Positions 1-14,500 are shown, counted from the stretch's first letter. The stretch is 64,000 nt of DNA from Chrysomallon squamiferum (GCA_012295275.1 CM022670.1:7068001-7132000), one strand, 5' to 3'. The notes: generated by a model not told the origin, from the sequence alone. Numbers and translations are program-made.

Positions 1-53
1 CGTTTTCAGCATTTTTTTTTTCTTTCCGAAACGTCTTCATTTCATAACAGTTT

Positions 54-89
<36 letters not shown>

Positions 90-1546
90 ATATTTTCAGA
101 ACCATTTTTTCATTCATAGAGAATCTAGGCCCGGGGGTGGACGGCAGGGAGGTGGAGTCTGGGTGTAGTTCGCTGTTTTGATGTTCACTAGATAAGTAGA
201 CGATGACTCAGCAGATGTGTCATTGACTAATCACAGTCTTTCTCCACAGTAGCCACACAGCCATTTTTCCTTTCCAAGTAGCAGAACCACCATCAAAGTT
301 TTCAAAAAGGTTGTGGTATGAGGTTTTCTGTCTGAGGGAATTTAAATAAAAAAGATGTCTTAATGTTTATGACTAAGAGAAACTCGACGAGTTTGTAGAG
401 ATCATCGTTGTATAATTTTCCTATATATATATATATTAATTCCTACTTTTGTAAACTGATATTTTGTTGTTTTGATTTACCGATAATACAAAAATAAAAT
501 TTTATTTATTGATTTATTCTTTTGCAAGCTTATTATCAAAGTAATTTAACCATAATATTCAGAAGAATCCATTATATATTTTTTCATCTTTGCAGTATCC
601 TTTATATTTCAAAACCTGTAATCTACAAACCAAATGCCTTCAGACACAGAACACCGACTGTCATGGAAAAAAAAAAAAATCAACTGACGCACTGAAACAA
701 ATCGATCTTGCGAACCACCGCACGTCAGATGAGTGTTTTAACCACTAAACTACATCCCAGGCTCGGAAGTCCTGTATGTTTGTGCGATACCACGACTTTG
801 TGCAATATAAACGTGTATTTTACAACACAGAGTAAAATATTTACTGTTCATTACATTGTAAATCTTGTACTAAACCTAGCATCGGCTCAAACAGTGAATC
901 GTTTTTATTGCGTCTTTCCCTTTATACTATGATATGTTTATTTACTTTCGTCGTCAGCTCATTTAGATTTTATAATGTCTAATATACGTTATATTGGTGT
1001 TAATAAACTCAAACTTGTACGATATTCTTATTAGTTATTTTCTAACTTGGAGTGGAAAGGTCGGACATTACCTCGTCAGTTGTTTCTACAGGTACATTTC
1101 AGTCTCATATTTAATAGTAACATTTTTATTTAATTATGTTTGAATATAGATGTCTCTTTTTCGACTGGTCTGTCTATAAGATCCATGCCTATCGATATAT
1201 CTGAATATCTGCTTGTATATCTATCAACCTGCATGCCAGCATATCTTTCTACCAATCTGTCTCTCTGTAAATCTACACATGTACAGATATTTGTTTGTGT
1301 ACATTGTCTTTAGATAGATAGATAGATAGATAGATATTGGGGAATATCATAAATGCATTATATGTTTAGATGCACCTATGCATATAATCTATATATGAAT
1401 GTACAGTAAATCTATGAAACCAGACAATACATATGATATCTCTGAAATGTTCAGTAAGTTCGTGTAATCACTGTTTCACTCAGAAACTTCACGAATTTAC
1501 TGAAAACTTGCATATGTAATTACAGGCTGTAATAATTAAATGCATT

Positions 1547-1579
<33 letters not shown>

Positions 1580-2526
1580 CAATCGCTTTATACAAAGAAA
1601 ACTATATTAATAATGCGGCTAAACGTGAATTTCAAACAACCTTTAACACGGAAAATTTCTGTAAAAACGTCAAAAGATGACACAGCAGATATAACAGTGT
1701 AACGGATGTGACTCGCAGATACAAACAGGGAAAGCAAACAGAAATGGAGACGGACTACAAACGGGCTGTAATTTACCGCCGGCTCGTTAACAGCGCAGTC
1801 TCTCAAAGCGCAGTAAATTCGCCTGATTTACAAGCGCTGTAAAACTTACTTCGACATCAAGAGTCATTTTATTCGTTCTGCCGTGTGTTTGTGTGTGTCA
1901 ACGACTCGACAAACACAGCGTAAGAATCTTCAGTTTCGTGGTTTCCCCAATTCGACTTTGACATCGGGCTGATAATCAGCTCAAGGGAGATAATTTATGA
2001 CGGTTCCACCTCTTGCGGAAAACTACTTTAAAATGACAAATATCGAGAACAAATTGTTTATTAATTTTATTTTGGGGTTGGCAACAATTATATATATTTT
2101 TTTTTTTTTTTTAAATTACTTTTTTTTTATTTGTGTTATTATTATTATTATTTATTTTATTTTTTTTTTATTTTTATTATTATTATTATTAATATTTATT
2201 ATTATTATTATTATTATTTTTTTTTTTTTTTTTTTTTGTGAGTTGTAACAAATTTACACATAGATTCCTTTTTATAGTGCATTACATTAATATTATATTT
2301 CTATGGTGGGAAGTTTTTTGCGGAGAAGGGATGTTAATCTGTCATAAAGTATTGTGATGGTATCGAGAAACATTCTCTTTATTCAGTCTTTTTCCGCTCC
2401 TCTTTTCACAGTCATAAAATATCTGCATTTGCTTGTTTTATGTAATTACTCAGTATAAATGAATTTAATAATCTTTAGCTTGTTCACAGGCATATGTTTA
2501 TTATCATCTTTTTTCCTATCTCCACT

Positions 2527-2528
<2 letters not shown>

Positions 2529-2596
<68 letters not shown>
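2529..2596. repeat. (CT)n microsatellite
   Basis: Perfect dinucleotide run. Confidence 0.95.
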
Positions 2597-2599
<3 letters not shown>

Positions 2600-4058
2600 A
2601 GAAAGAGAAAGAGAACGAGAAAGATACAGACACAGGGAGAGAGAATGTGTTTTGGTGTCCATTCTACTCAAGTCATTCCCTTCTTAATTAATATCCGTGT
2701 TGGTAATCACGTGTCTAAACAAGTTGTACTCGAGTCGGGTAAATTTTGTCTTCGATGCATAACAACAATTTACAGCAAGGTACGAAACGCAAATCGTGGA
2801 CCAGAGGTCCTTAGGCTGGGGCACATGTTGTCCCACACCGTAGTGAGATCTCTCGAGGTGCGAGTTAAACCCCGTGATCGACCACGAGAGGCAATAAACT
2901 ACAAACAGCTCGATGTCATCCGAAGGACCGCAGTGGAACAATAAAATCATAAAATAGGCCTAGACCACTCCCAGACAATCAGCTTTATCTACTAAGCCCA
3001 GTGTCAACAGACCTTAGAGAGATGCCGGTTAAGGTTTTTCCTAGAGGTACCTGCCACCATGCCAGTTTATGAGCATTTTGTTGTTATTTGTTTGATTTTT
3101 TTTTTTTTTTTTTTCCTGTTCTGTGTAATATTACCTATTTTACTCTTCGTGGAAGCTTGAAATTAAATTTTCATTGTCGTATAAAAAAAGCTTATTAATA
3201 TTTTGGTGCATTTTATTATTTTTATCTTTAAAGCACTTTTGTTTTTTTAATTTATTTATTTATTTTATTTTATTTTATTTTATTTTATTTTATTTTATTT
3301 ATTTATTGTTTTATTTATTTTTATTTTATTTTATATTTTTTAATTTATTTTTTTATTTATTTTTATTTTATTTTATTTTTAATCTATTTAAAAAAATAAT
3401 TTTTTTTTTTTTTATTTTTTTATTTTTTTTTTTTTTTTATTTTTTTTTTTTTTACTGTTTGTTTTCAAAGTTTTTTATTTTTAATCTATTTTAAAATAAT
3501 GATGTTTTTATTTTATTTATTATTATTACACTGTATATTATTTTATTACAACTTTACAACAACCACTATTTGTTTTTGTTTTCATTTTTTAATTTCTTTT
3601 AAATGTATTTAATTATTTATTTATTGTTTGTTTGTTTGTTTGTTTTTGAAAGAGCAACAAAACTGAAATAATTTAATAAGAAAATAGATTTAGTATTACT
3701 TTAATATATTCACTAGTGTTCTTACCTTGTAAATTTTTTTTTTTCTTTTTAGTTACATATTTATTACTTGATTACTTACCTACTTACATATTTAATGTTT
3801 ATTTATATTTATGTACTAATTATTTACTTCAAAATACAGGAAAATATTTTTGAATAAACAATATAATTACTCGTATGGGGCAACTTTGTAGGGTTTTTTA
3901 GTTTATTTTTGTATTATTGGAAGTTGTTTTATTTTTGTCTTGATGTTTGTTGCTGTTGTTGTAGTTGTTGTTGCTTTGGTTCTAAAAGCCATAAATTATG
4001 GATGTATTGCCTTTGTGGGTTTATTATTATTATTATTATTATTATTTTTTTTTTATTA

Positions 4059-4104
<46 letters not shown>

Positions 4105-4750
4105 TATTTATATTTTATTAATTTTTAATTTTTGTTTTATTTTGTTTTGTTTGTTGTTGTTTTTTTAATTCGGTGCTACTAATTTAGCACTATGTGACAA
4201 TCCGATATTTTTATTTTACTTTGTTTTACATCTTTTTTTCCTTGTACCTGTGTGTGTGTGTGCTTAACTGATAGACAAAACAATAACTAAAATGACAATA
4301 TGTAAACATTTATTACCATAAAATGACACGAGGTAAAATAAATTACATATCCTTAACACTGGCCTCTATGTTCAATGAATATTTCAAGCCCTCGTATATG
4401 TACAATTGTGTCTGTAATCACGTTAACACTTATGAAAATACCATCATGTCACATAAAACTGATGAGTCGCTAAGAACGAATTAAATGTATAACTAACAAA
4501 ATGTTATCAGCGATTCAGGATAATTTCCTGATCGGTCTAAACATTTTGCTTTGAATAAAACCAGTAATTATGTTGTCATAACGGGTATTTTTAAAATGAT
4601 TTTCTACAGACTTAAGTAACTGTAACACATATTATTTTTAGTAATTTTATAATGGTTCTTTTTGTAACTGTTTTGTATAGATTACACAGAATATTTCACC
4701 GGTCTTCAGTGGTAGAAAGCTTATTTTTATAAATATCAGTTTTGGACACC

Positions 4751-4820
<70 letters not shown>

Positions 4821-4865
4821 TTAATATAATAATAATAATAATAATAACAATAATAATAATAATAA
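4751..4865. repeat. (AAT)n microsatellite, probably in the Cdx 3' UTR
   Basis: Trinucleotide run about 280 bp downstream of the Cdx stop. Confidence 0.9.
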
Positions 4866-5138
4866 CCGATGGTAGCTAGTATTTGAAAAATTCATTTGAT
4901 TTCTATATGCAGTAAAATATTATAATATACGTAGAATTTATGTGAAGGATATTTTTATTTTTAAGTGAATAAAATGTTTTTAAATAAATGTAGAAATCTT
5001 GAAATTTCTGTTTGTAATCCATACAGTAAACACAAGTAAAACATATCTAGGTTAAAATATTAATAATAATAATAAGCTTCAAAATATTTTTAAATGTCAC
5101 TTTTTCTCGTCACAGGGTATTCCAATTTTTTATGTTAG

Positions 5139-5486
5139 TCAAAAGTCTTTTTCACATTTTGTAACTGTCGTCTGTAGAGGCGAGTTCGAGTGAGCATGCG
5201 CAGATGTGACAGGAAGTAAAATGTGATGATGGGAATGCCCAGAAGGCCCTGTTTGGATTGGCGGTGACTGTGATGTTGGTTTTATGTCATAATGATTCTG
5301 TGTTTGTTGCATTGACTGGTGATGTGTTGCCATTGACAACATTGGAGCCTGAAGCGCCATCTGGTTCATCTGGTGTTGGACAGGGGGAGGTGACTCTGGT
5401 TCGATTTTTCCGGAAGTCTGAAAGCCTTCTTCTTTCTTCTTAACTTTCCTTTCTTTTGCACGTCGATTTTGAAACCAAATTTTCAC
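5139..5486 (-). CDS. Cdx: Cdx exon 3 (helix 3 and Q/H/P/S-rich tail)
   Basis: Acceptor ttttcag|GTG AAA ATT TGG ([14 protein letters not shown]); ends CEKDF*. Confidence 0.96.
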   Translation of the reverse strand: MKIWFQNRRAKERKVKKKEEGFQTSGKIEPESPPPVQHQMNQMALQAPMLSMATHHQSMQQTQNHYDIKPTSQSPPIQTGPSGHSHHHILLPVTSAHAHSNSPLQTTVTKCEKDF

Positions 5487-5716
5487 CTGAAAAGTATACA
5501 AAATTTTAAAATTATTTTATAAGTATTAATTACTGTAATATATACATTGGTTCAACTAAATATCTGACAAAGATGCAGTAACATACTTGTTAACACTCAT
5601 CTTTATGCATACCTCAAACAAATTATACAGAGAGAGAAAACCCCCAAATAGATATATCTGATAAATATATAGCAACAAAATTAAATGAAAATATATTTGT
5701 GTGTGTGTGTTGTATG

Positions 5717-5810
<94 letters not shown>

Positions 5811-6247
5811 AATCTAAATGCATGACAACAAAACGACGTACCTGTCTTTCTGAAAGTTGAAGTTGATTGGCTAACTCGGCTTTTCTTCTGATGGTGATAT
5901 AACGACTGTAATGAAACTCTTTTTCCAGTTCCAACCTCTGGTGGTCGGAGTAGACCACGCGATACTTGTCTTTGGTTCGTGTCTTACCTAGATAGAAAAA
6001 CAAAAATTATTTTAAAAATGTGTTCAATAGTGAAAGTAAAAAGAAATACAGAATAACGAAACGAAAGAGCGTACAATGAAGAAAAAATTAAAATAAATTT
6101 AAATATTTAATTTTTCTTTAGAATTACAGTAGTCGTAGTGGAAGAAATAGTAGCAGCAGTAGTAATAGCAGAGAAGTAGTCGTAGTCGTTGTAGTAATAC
6201 ATATAACAACAATAATATTAATGATAATGATGACTGCGATAGTGACG

Positions 6248-6278
<31 letters not shown>

Positions 6279-8644
6279 CAACAACAACAACAACAACAAC
6301 AATAGCAACAACTACAATAGTAATAATACTTCTATAACAAACAAATACCAATAAAATATCAAATATAAATTAAAAAGAAACAAATGATGCGAAGACAGCA
6401 AAATCGTACAGGAAAAAGTATTTTAATAAATAAATAAATACGACAGAATGTACTTTAAAATTACTTTGTGTAGTTCATTGTGTTGGTACATCTTTGTACC
6501 CAGTGTTTGCTGTAACACAAACAGAACCGCTTACTGTTAGTTTACTAAAACACCACAACCAGCCTGTAGCACAACACTGAGACTTTCTAATTACGTTTTC
6601 CTCAGCAGTATTATGTTAAAATAGGTAAGGAGATAAATATATTTCCCGGAGGTCTGAGCGTCATCCCCAAAGACTGCACCCAAGACATGATGGCGTCTAC
6701 GTATCCCTGGGGAGAAGGAATTAGTCGAGTGTGTGTGTAACTAATTTTTTTTTTTTTACTAATTTGGTCATATTCATTACGAAAATTGTACTATTTTTTA
6801 TTTATTTTTTTTTTAATGCTATACTTCAATGGAATTGTAAAAATGATGCAGATTGTTTTAATATAAAATCCATACACATTTGTATGTTCACCTGCACACT
6901 AGCATGATAATGAAAACTAAAAAAAAAAAAAAATAAAAAAAAAAAAAAAAAAAAAACATCAACACTTCTGATATACAGAAAAGAAATTAAATTAATTTAC
7001 ATACAAAATATAAAAATAAATAAATTACAGTAAACTGTAATAAACGTCTAGACAGTTATTCATTTTATTTATATCCATTGTCGACAATGAAAATTAATTT
7101 TATTTTCAGTGTAGAGGAAGTAACTGTTATTGTTTTTCTTAAGAAAAAAAGTTTTAGCTCAAAGTTAAAGACAATGCTAAATACAAAAATAATAATGAAA
7201 GATCCATGTTATTATCAACGATATTCACACAAATCCCAGCAACCAAAAAACACATCAATAAATGAAGAATCAGTTTATCTCTAAAACCACAGTCAAGTTC
7301 TTCAGAAAAATATTTAGAAATTTTCTACAAATATTTAATAATAACTGGATTAACTTTGCCATCAAAACCTGTACATACTGAACTATCTCGTTCTAATGTA
7401 TTCCAAATCGACTGCAGAGAGATCACAAACCTAGTAATTACAAAGTGTATAATTAATCATTCTGAAACGTGTTTTCTATCAAAACCACCGAAACATCGTA
7501 AACCCTTTTAACCAACGATATCTTATCCACCTTTAATTACAAACTGACTACAAAACCAGGTACCCACTTTACCACCAAAAAGTCCTTCATCTTCTCGATA
7601 ATACAAGCTGCAGAATAACCATTTTATAATTAATATTTCTTAAACTATCCTATAATTAATAAATGCAAAAAAAACCCATTAAAACAAGCCGACGATTTTT
7701 TTTTTGTACCTCGTCTACGGTAAGGTTATAATTATTTATAATTTTGCCGAGATTTGAGAGAAAGACAAAACAAAAAACGAACGATAATTAAAGGTGGCGG
7801 AATGTTTACGACGATACTGCACAAAGCGACGTAACGGGCTCTTTAGAACAGGCGCTGTAAGTAAAGCACCACGTGTGCACGGAGAAACAATCGGTGGCGA
7901 AAGAGAAAACAAAACTCCATCTGAACGGTATCGGTTCTTTTAATCTAGACGTCGCCTTTTCAAACGGACGGGTAACGCATTGAACTGCTGCCTTTTATTT
8001 GTCACCTAACGACAATTCCATGTGTACTTTTCACAACCACGCACAATAGCGCTGGAAGTAACAGGCAGCCGAGGACCCGCCCTCGCTCCTCGGTAATCGC
8101 TCTTAATGAGATTTGGATGATCCTCGCTCCAGCGGCCCGTGACCACTTATTTAGGCAGCAGCATCCCCGTGCTCCTTGATCTCTCGTTTCTTTTACTTAT
8201 CCACACAATGGGTCAGCATAAGGCTGGACGTAGCCGGGCCGTGCGATGACCACTGATGACCAATGATTCACAGACGCGGCGAGATCAGATAAAACACGTT
8301 TGATCGCCGGGTTACTCAACATTGAGTCAGAAAACGACGTCTGCTGAAGAAAATGGAAGGGTGTTTTTTTTTTTTTTTTTTTTCTACCACTAACCCTGTG
8401 TTTGGTGTCAAAAATAACATCTGCTTTGAATTGTTAGCGTTTTTCTTCCCACACCCCTTGATTTGAAGATAATCTTATTCAGCAGATGGATAAGATGGAT
8501 GGATGGATGGAAGAAATGAATGGAAGGATGGAGTGATGGATATATCGAGATAGATAGATAGACAGATAGACGGCATTGCACATGAATTGCACAGTGTCAG
8601 ATTTCTTTATAGGGTCAGGATATTTATAGAGGTACAAAAGTTAA

Positions 8645-8678
<34 letters not shown>

Positions 8679-10435
8679 CTCATATATATATGTTATCCTG
8701 TAAAAATACAGTTGATAAAAAAAAAAACACGGAAAGCTAACGATTTGAATGTATTTGTATTATTATTTAAGTTGGCAGTGAAGCTGTCTAGCGCACTAAT
8801 TAATCTTTACTACTACTAAATTAGAATTAAAATAAAAAGAAATAAATAAGAAATAAAATAAAATAAAATATTTAAATAGATATTAAATATAAATTTAAAA
8901 AATAATAGTATGTAAGATAAAATAAATAAGAAATAAAATAAAATAAAATAATTAAATAGATATTAAATAAAAATTTAAAAAATAATAGTGTGTAAGATAA
9001 AATAAAATAAAATAAAGTTAAATATAATTAAACTAAATTAAATTAAATCAAATTAAATTAAATAATTAAATATACAGATAATAAATAAAAATTTTAAAAA
9101 TAATAGTATATAAGATAAAAATAACTAAAAATTAAATAAATAAATATATAAATAAATAAATATTAAACAAAAATAGAACTACAAATGCAAAAATAAATAA
9201 ATAACCGATAAAAAAATTACACAGCAAAATTTCAAAACAAGAGTATCAAAGCAGAACAGAAATAAATAAAACAAACTCAGCTACATTTAAAACTAAAACG
9301 AAAATAAATAACGCTAATTTAAACGACGATAAAAACAAATGAACCGAAATAAATTAATTTGTCGTTTTCTCTGCACTGAACGAAACGAAAACAGAAATAA
9401 ACTCTGCTATTACAAGAACCGTGAACATCTTGAATCTGACAACAGAATTTAGTTATTGAACGCACTAAATAAAACTGTCAGCGAAAGTTGTAAAACAGTT
9501 AAACTGCGGTCAAGCGAAATATCTTGTCAAAGCTTTTTTTTGTTGTTGAATATCATCAGCGAGATTTTTACTGTTGTTCATCTCATTGGATATGAGAAAA
9601 TAATTTGCTTTGGTTGTGTTAAGGGTTAGATTGTGTTTAAGTTTGTGTCACTTGATTTTGTCACGGCTGTCAGGCTATGGTTAGCTAGAAATAACGTTTA
9701 GGTCGTTTGCATCATCTGATTCAGCGAGTTTTAGCATAGTGTACAGAAACTGTGATTTTCTTTTTTTTTTTTTTTTTCTCTCGTGGTGAAAATGAAAACA
9801 GGGTAAAACTAAGAGTTCGTAGAGAAAAAGAATAAAAGAAAGATTGTTAGGTAAATTTTTTAAAAGCGCGAGAAAGGAATGTATTTTGTTTTATTTTATT
9901 TTATTTTATTTTGTTTTTATTTTATTTTATTTTGTTTTGTTTATTTTGTTTTGTTTATTTTGTTTTATTGTGTTATGTTTTGTTTTGTTTTATTTGTTTT
10001 GTTTATTTGTTATTTTATTTCTTTTCAATTCATTTTATTTTATTTTGTTTTTATTTCAGAAATGTTAATTATATTGTTTTTTATATTACTTATTTTATTT
10101 ATTCCTTCGCTTTTATTCACAGCCTATTTTATTCATTTAGTTAGTTAGTTAGTTATACGCTTTATTTTTAATTAAATTAAAATTCAGGTTCAATATTAAT
10201 AAATAATAATTATAAAACATAAACAAACATAAATGAAATAAATAAAATTCAGAAAAGAATTATTAAACAAATTAATAAAATAGAACACAGGTAGATTAAA
10301 CATAACGAAAAGAATAAAAGATAAAACCATTCTTTAACGACTTTAAACATTTTGATGAATTTATAAGAGACATATTAATAATTATATATACACTCACACA
10401 AACTTACATCTTCTTGATCGTGTAATATTAACAAA

Positions 10436-10469
<34 letters not shown>

Positions 10470-12850
10470 CCAAAACAAAATAAAAAATAAAACATACCAC
10501 ACTAACAGCTAGATATAAACACAAATTAGGATTTAATATCTTCGATATTTTCTTTCTTTACTAATAGAAAATATTAAAATTTTAAAAAAAAGAAAATGTC
10601 ATACGAAATATGTTTAACTAAAATAATAATAAAACAGAACATTTTCAGTTTCACGTTCAGAAGTCAACGATTATCTAATCTCGGTAACAAAAAATCGCAG
10701 ATTATCCGTTAATTCACTAATCCCCGAGGAAGAGACTGCGGCGGTTCCTAGACAATTATAACACAAATGTCACAGCGCTAGAACAACATTTCAAAGTAAT
10801 AAACTTTCTGTGCTTACTTACAGTCAGACGTTCAGGTGATCAGTGACTGTGTTAATTTACTGAAACTGTTAATTTGTTGAGAGAAACTAAATTGTTTAAA
10901 ACTATGTGTATGTTAAATACTTTGTTAAAATAATTTAAAAACAAAATATTTTTAGATTTTTTTTCTTCTGTATCGAATTTATTTTTCAAATGTTTTTTTT
11001 TTCTATTTATTTATTTATTTGTTTGTTTGTTTGTTTGTTTATTTATGTTTGACTGTTTTTATAGTTTTAATTTTTTATTTCAGCACTACTATTTTTTATT
11101 TATATGTTATATCGTTTAATTTTCTCACTGATTTTTATTGTACAAATAATTTTATTAGACCATAATAACGATTTATTTTATTTTATTTTATTTTATTAAT
11201 TTTCTTTTTAAAAGGTAGTTACAAATTAATCAATGTATGTACATAAACAGATTATATACACGTATATTTTATATATATATATATATTATATGCTGATACA
11301 CGTTATAAATGAACATAAATATACAGATAAATAAATATACGCATAATACATTTATATAAAAAAAACATAAGGATAATATATATACACGCATTCAAACACA
11401 AACATCAACATACACATATACTTTCTAACAAAATACAAATTTTGACTGGTAAAATACCGATGTACTAAACTAGTACCTATCAAACATACTTTGTTAATTA
11501 CTTCGTCTGGTTTTTCTGTTTTAATTAAACAGGTAAGTGTATGTTAATTGGACCCCCGTGTCACATGATACAGGTAGACATGTACGACACGTTTATTAGT
11601 GTACAATGTGATCTACTGTCACATAGTGATATACCACCAGATACTTATATATGTAGGTGTATTTGTCTTTAAATAGTTTATTTTGTAAAGAACTTTTAGG
11701 AGTTTCAGTCTAAAATGGACAGTTATAAAAAATAAAAAAAAAAATTATAATAATAATACTAATAATTATCTAACTAACTAACAAAATAATTAAATAAACA
11801 AACAAACAAATAAAATAAAATAAAATAAAACAAAATAAATTAGATAATATAAAATAAGATAAAATAGATAAAATTGAATAAAATAAAATAATAGTTTAAA
11901 TAATGTCAGTTATAATTTTTAAAATGATGTGGATTATATATAAATTTAATATTTATAAAATTTGTATTTAAATAAGTTTAATTTATAATTTGAAATGTAA
12001 TATTTTTATTTAAATATCTTTTATTATTACGCATATTATTATTATCAGCAACATTATTATAATCAGAAAACAATAATGGCATATCAAAATTTATAATTTA
12101 CAAACATTCAAACTTTCATTCAGTTTTAAAAGTTAAAATCAGTTTTAAAATTGAAACATTTTTAAATTGTTATAAGTCTATTCGTGAATGTTAAAACTCG
12201 ACAATTTTGTTTCCCCAGTAATTTATTTTTACTTCAGTAAGCGTAATTCATATTCAGATATTCTGTTCAAATTGTTGTTAGTTTTGTTTATATTCTTAAC
12301 TAACTGTAAGTAAAACGGCACATAATCAGATGAGTATAGATAGGATAATTATTTCTATTTTCTAAATATAAGAAATTTATTATTCAGTAGATTTATTTGT
12401 ATCACGAAATTAAATACAGATCTTATAATAAATAATTCATATTTAATTATTATCTTTCTCAGCATATTTTTCTAATTTATAAATATTTGAAAAACAGCAA
12501 AACATGGAAACGATCTTTTTATTTTTTCTTTATTTTTTTTTTTTATTTAAAACAGCGACATATAGAGTTATATAATGTAATTTATTACTATTTCAAAGTT
12601 TGATATATAGCAGATTATGTTAGGTAGTCAAATGTGTTTGTTTTGTTGTTGTTGGGTTTTTTTTCCCCTCACTTGAAAGATAATGTTTCAAAACTCAAAA
12701 TTTGTTTCAGTATTAGATAAAATTTCGTCAAGTATGTCAAATTAAAAATAATAAATATATCAATAAATAAAAAAGTAATAACGTGTTTTATATAAAAGCA
12801 ATAAAGGAATTTTTAATACTTAACAATAACTAATAATATAAAACATAAAA

Positions 12851-12897
<47 letters not shown>

Positions 12898-13459
12898 CAA
12901 CAACAACAACAACACAAACAGTAACATAAAACAAATATTCACCTGGAAATTAAAATTAAAATTAATTAAAATTATAATTACCTGGAACCGGCATGGAAGA
13001 CGTTGGTTTCATCCATTCGAACGGTGCCCTCAGATTCTTACTGTTTGCCCCGGGGCTGAGACTGGCGTTACTGTTGGGGGAGCACGTGTTTACTGCTGGG
13101 GAGGTGTCCACCGTGGTCATGTGGGGGGACACGGACTGAGAAATGGGGGCAATGTTCTGCATGTACTCCATCCCCGTCCCGTGGCGGTATGCGTAGTTGT
13201 ACGACCCTTGCTGCATCGACGACGGGGTGCACGTGGGGATAGCATAATTCCACTCCTCTATCGCCCCGTGGGTCGGGCGAGGGCCTGTCCCGTACAGCGC
13301 TGCCCACGAATTTTGTTGCACACTTTGATCCGCCACCTGGTACTGGGAATATTCCTGGTTTTGAAACTGATTGTTCTGGTTTGGGTAGCTGAACGGAAAG
13401 TTATAAGACGCCGAAGATGGCCGAGTATTGAAAACATTATTTTCGTGACACATCGCCAT
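5139..13459 (-). CDS. Cdx: Caudal-type ParaHox homeobox protein Cdx, 3 coding exons, 323 aa
   Basis: Exons 13459-12982, 5987-5842 and 5486-5139 join in phase (478+146+348=972 nt) at GT-AG sites. Hexapeptide PFEWMK; homeodomain [49 protein letters not shown]|[14 protein letters not shown] is diagnostic for the Cdx family. Confidence 0.97.
5719..5808. repeat. (AG)n microsatellite in Cdx intron 2
   Basis: Perfect run. Confidence 0.95.
5842..5987 (-). CDS. Cdx: Cdx exon 2 (homeodomain helices 1-2)
   Basis: Acceptor ctatctag|GT AAG ACA; donor AGACAG|gtacgt, phase 0. Confidence 0.96.
8841..9000. repeat. 80-bp tandem duplication in Cdx intron 1
   Basis: 8841-8920 and 8921-9000 differ at 3 positions; a degenerate partial third unit lies near 9070-9120. 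Confidence 0.85.
12982..13459 (-). CDS. Cdx: Cdx exon 1 (N-terminal region and hexapeptide)
   Basis: MAMCHENN...[17 protein letters not shown]; donor CCAG|gtaatt, phase 1. Confidence 0.93.
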
Positions 13460-13729
13460 TCCGCGTAATAATAAAATAATTACAATAACAAATATATCTG
13501 TACTGGCTTCCAGATTAAACAGAAAACTAAACTAAATCAATTTATATCCTCGATAAAAAAAAAATATATATATATATATATAAATTTACAATAAATCCTG
13601 GAAAACAGTCATCTGCTAGAGCAACCAGGTCAGTAGTTGTAATTCAAATGAAGTATTCACTCACAGAAATTTCAGGAAGTATACTCGCCAGTAAGTATTA
13701 CAATCAACCTAAAGTCATTTACAATACCA

Positions 13730-13890
13730 GACTCCGCCCACTTTCTTTTTGACTGACGTTACAGGCGCGATTTTCATTGGTCGCAAAAGGTGGTAACGGG
13801 GCTGGAGCCAATGCCTTCCCGCCAAGTGACGTAACATGCATGACAGGTTGCGATTTTTTTCGTGTATCTTCATCCATGTCGCCATATTGA
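13730..13890 (-). promoter_or_regulatory. Putative Cdx proximal promoter
   Basis: About 270-430 bp upstream of the ATG: GC box CCGCCC 13734-13739, CRE-like TGACGT 13754 and TGACGTAA 13827, CCAAT boxes 13776-13780 and 13808-13812, YY1-like CGCCATATTG 13880-13889. TSS not determinable. Confidence 0.55.
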
Positions 13891-14500
13891 TAGGTTACTG
13901 TGTTTTATTTGGTTAAATCGGTGTGTATTGTAAACAAATTAAATCTTGACATTTCAATTAGCGGACGAGATCAGTTTGTGATTTATTTTTTATTAAATAT
14001 CTGGAAGGACCATTTGTCATGAAATTAAATAAATAAATGTTAAAAAGTTTATTTGATAATCTATATTACAAAATGGTTTTAAATTATTTTTTTTATTATT
14101 AATTTTATTTTTCCTTATTTTATTTCATTTTACTTTACTTTACTTTATTTTACTTTTTTTTTTTACTTTACTTTATTTTATTTTATTTTATTTTATTTTA
14201 TTTTATTTTATTTTATTTTTGTTCAGTATATTTTATTTATAGTTTATATTTCATTAAGTATATAAGTTATTTGTTGAGCATAAATGTTCAGATTAACAAA
14301 ATGCATATTAAAATAACAAACCAAAATTTATATAAAAATATAAAATTTAATTGTAAAAGTAAAATGGAAAGACATGGTAAATAAATTAAGTAAAATACAT
14401 TAAAAGTTAAATGAGGGAAAATAAAAATATAATAAATATATTACATCTTTTAAATGTTTAATTTTTTATATATTGTAAACAACTACTACTAATAAATAAT

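Noticed and set aside
13068-13468. Alternative-frame and antisense ORFs over Cdx exon 1 (13068-13307 minus, 13121-13468 plus)
   Set aside because: Shadows of a GC-rich coding exon.
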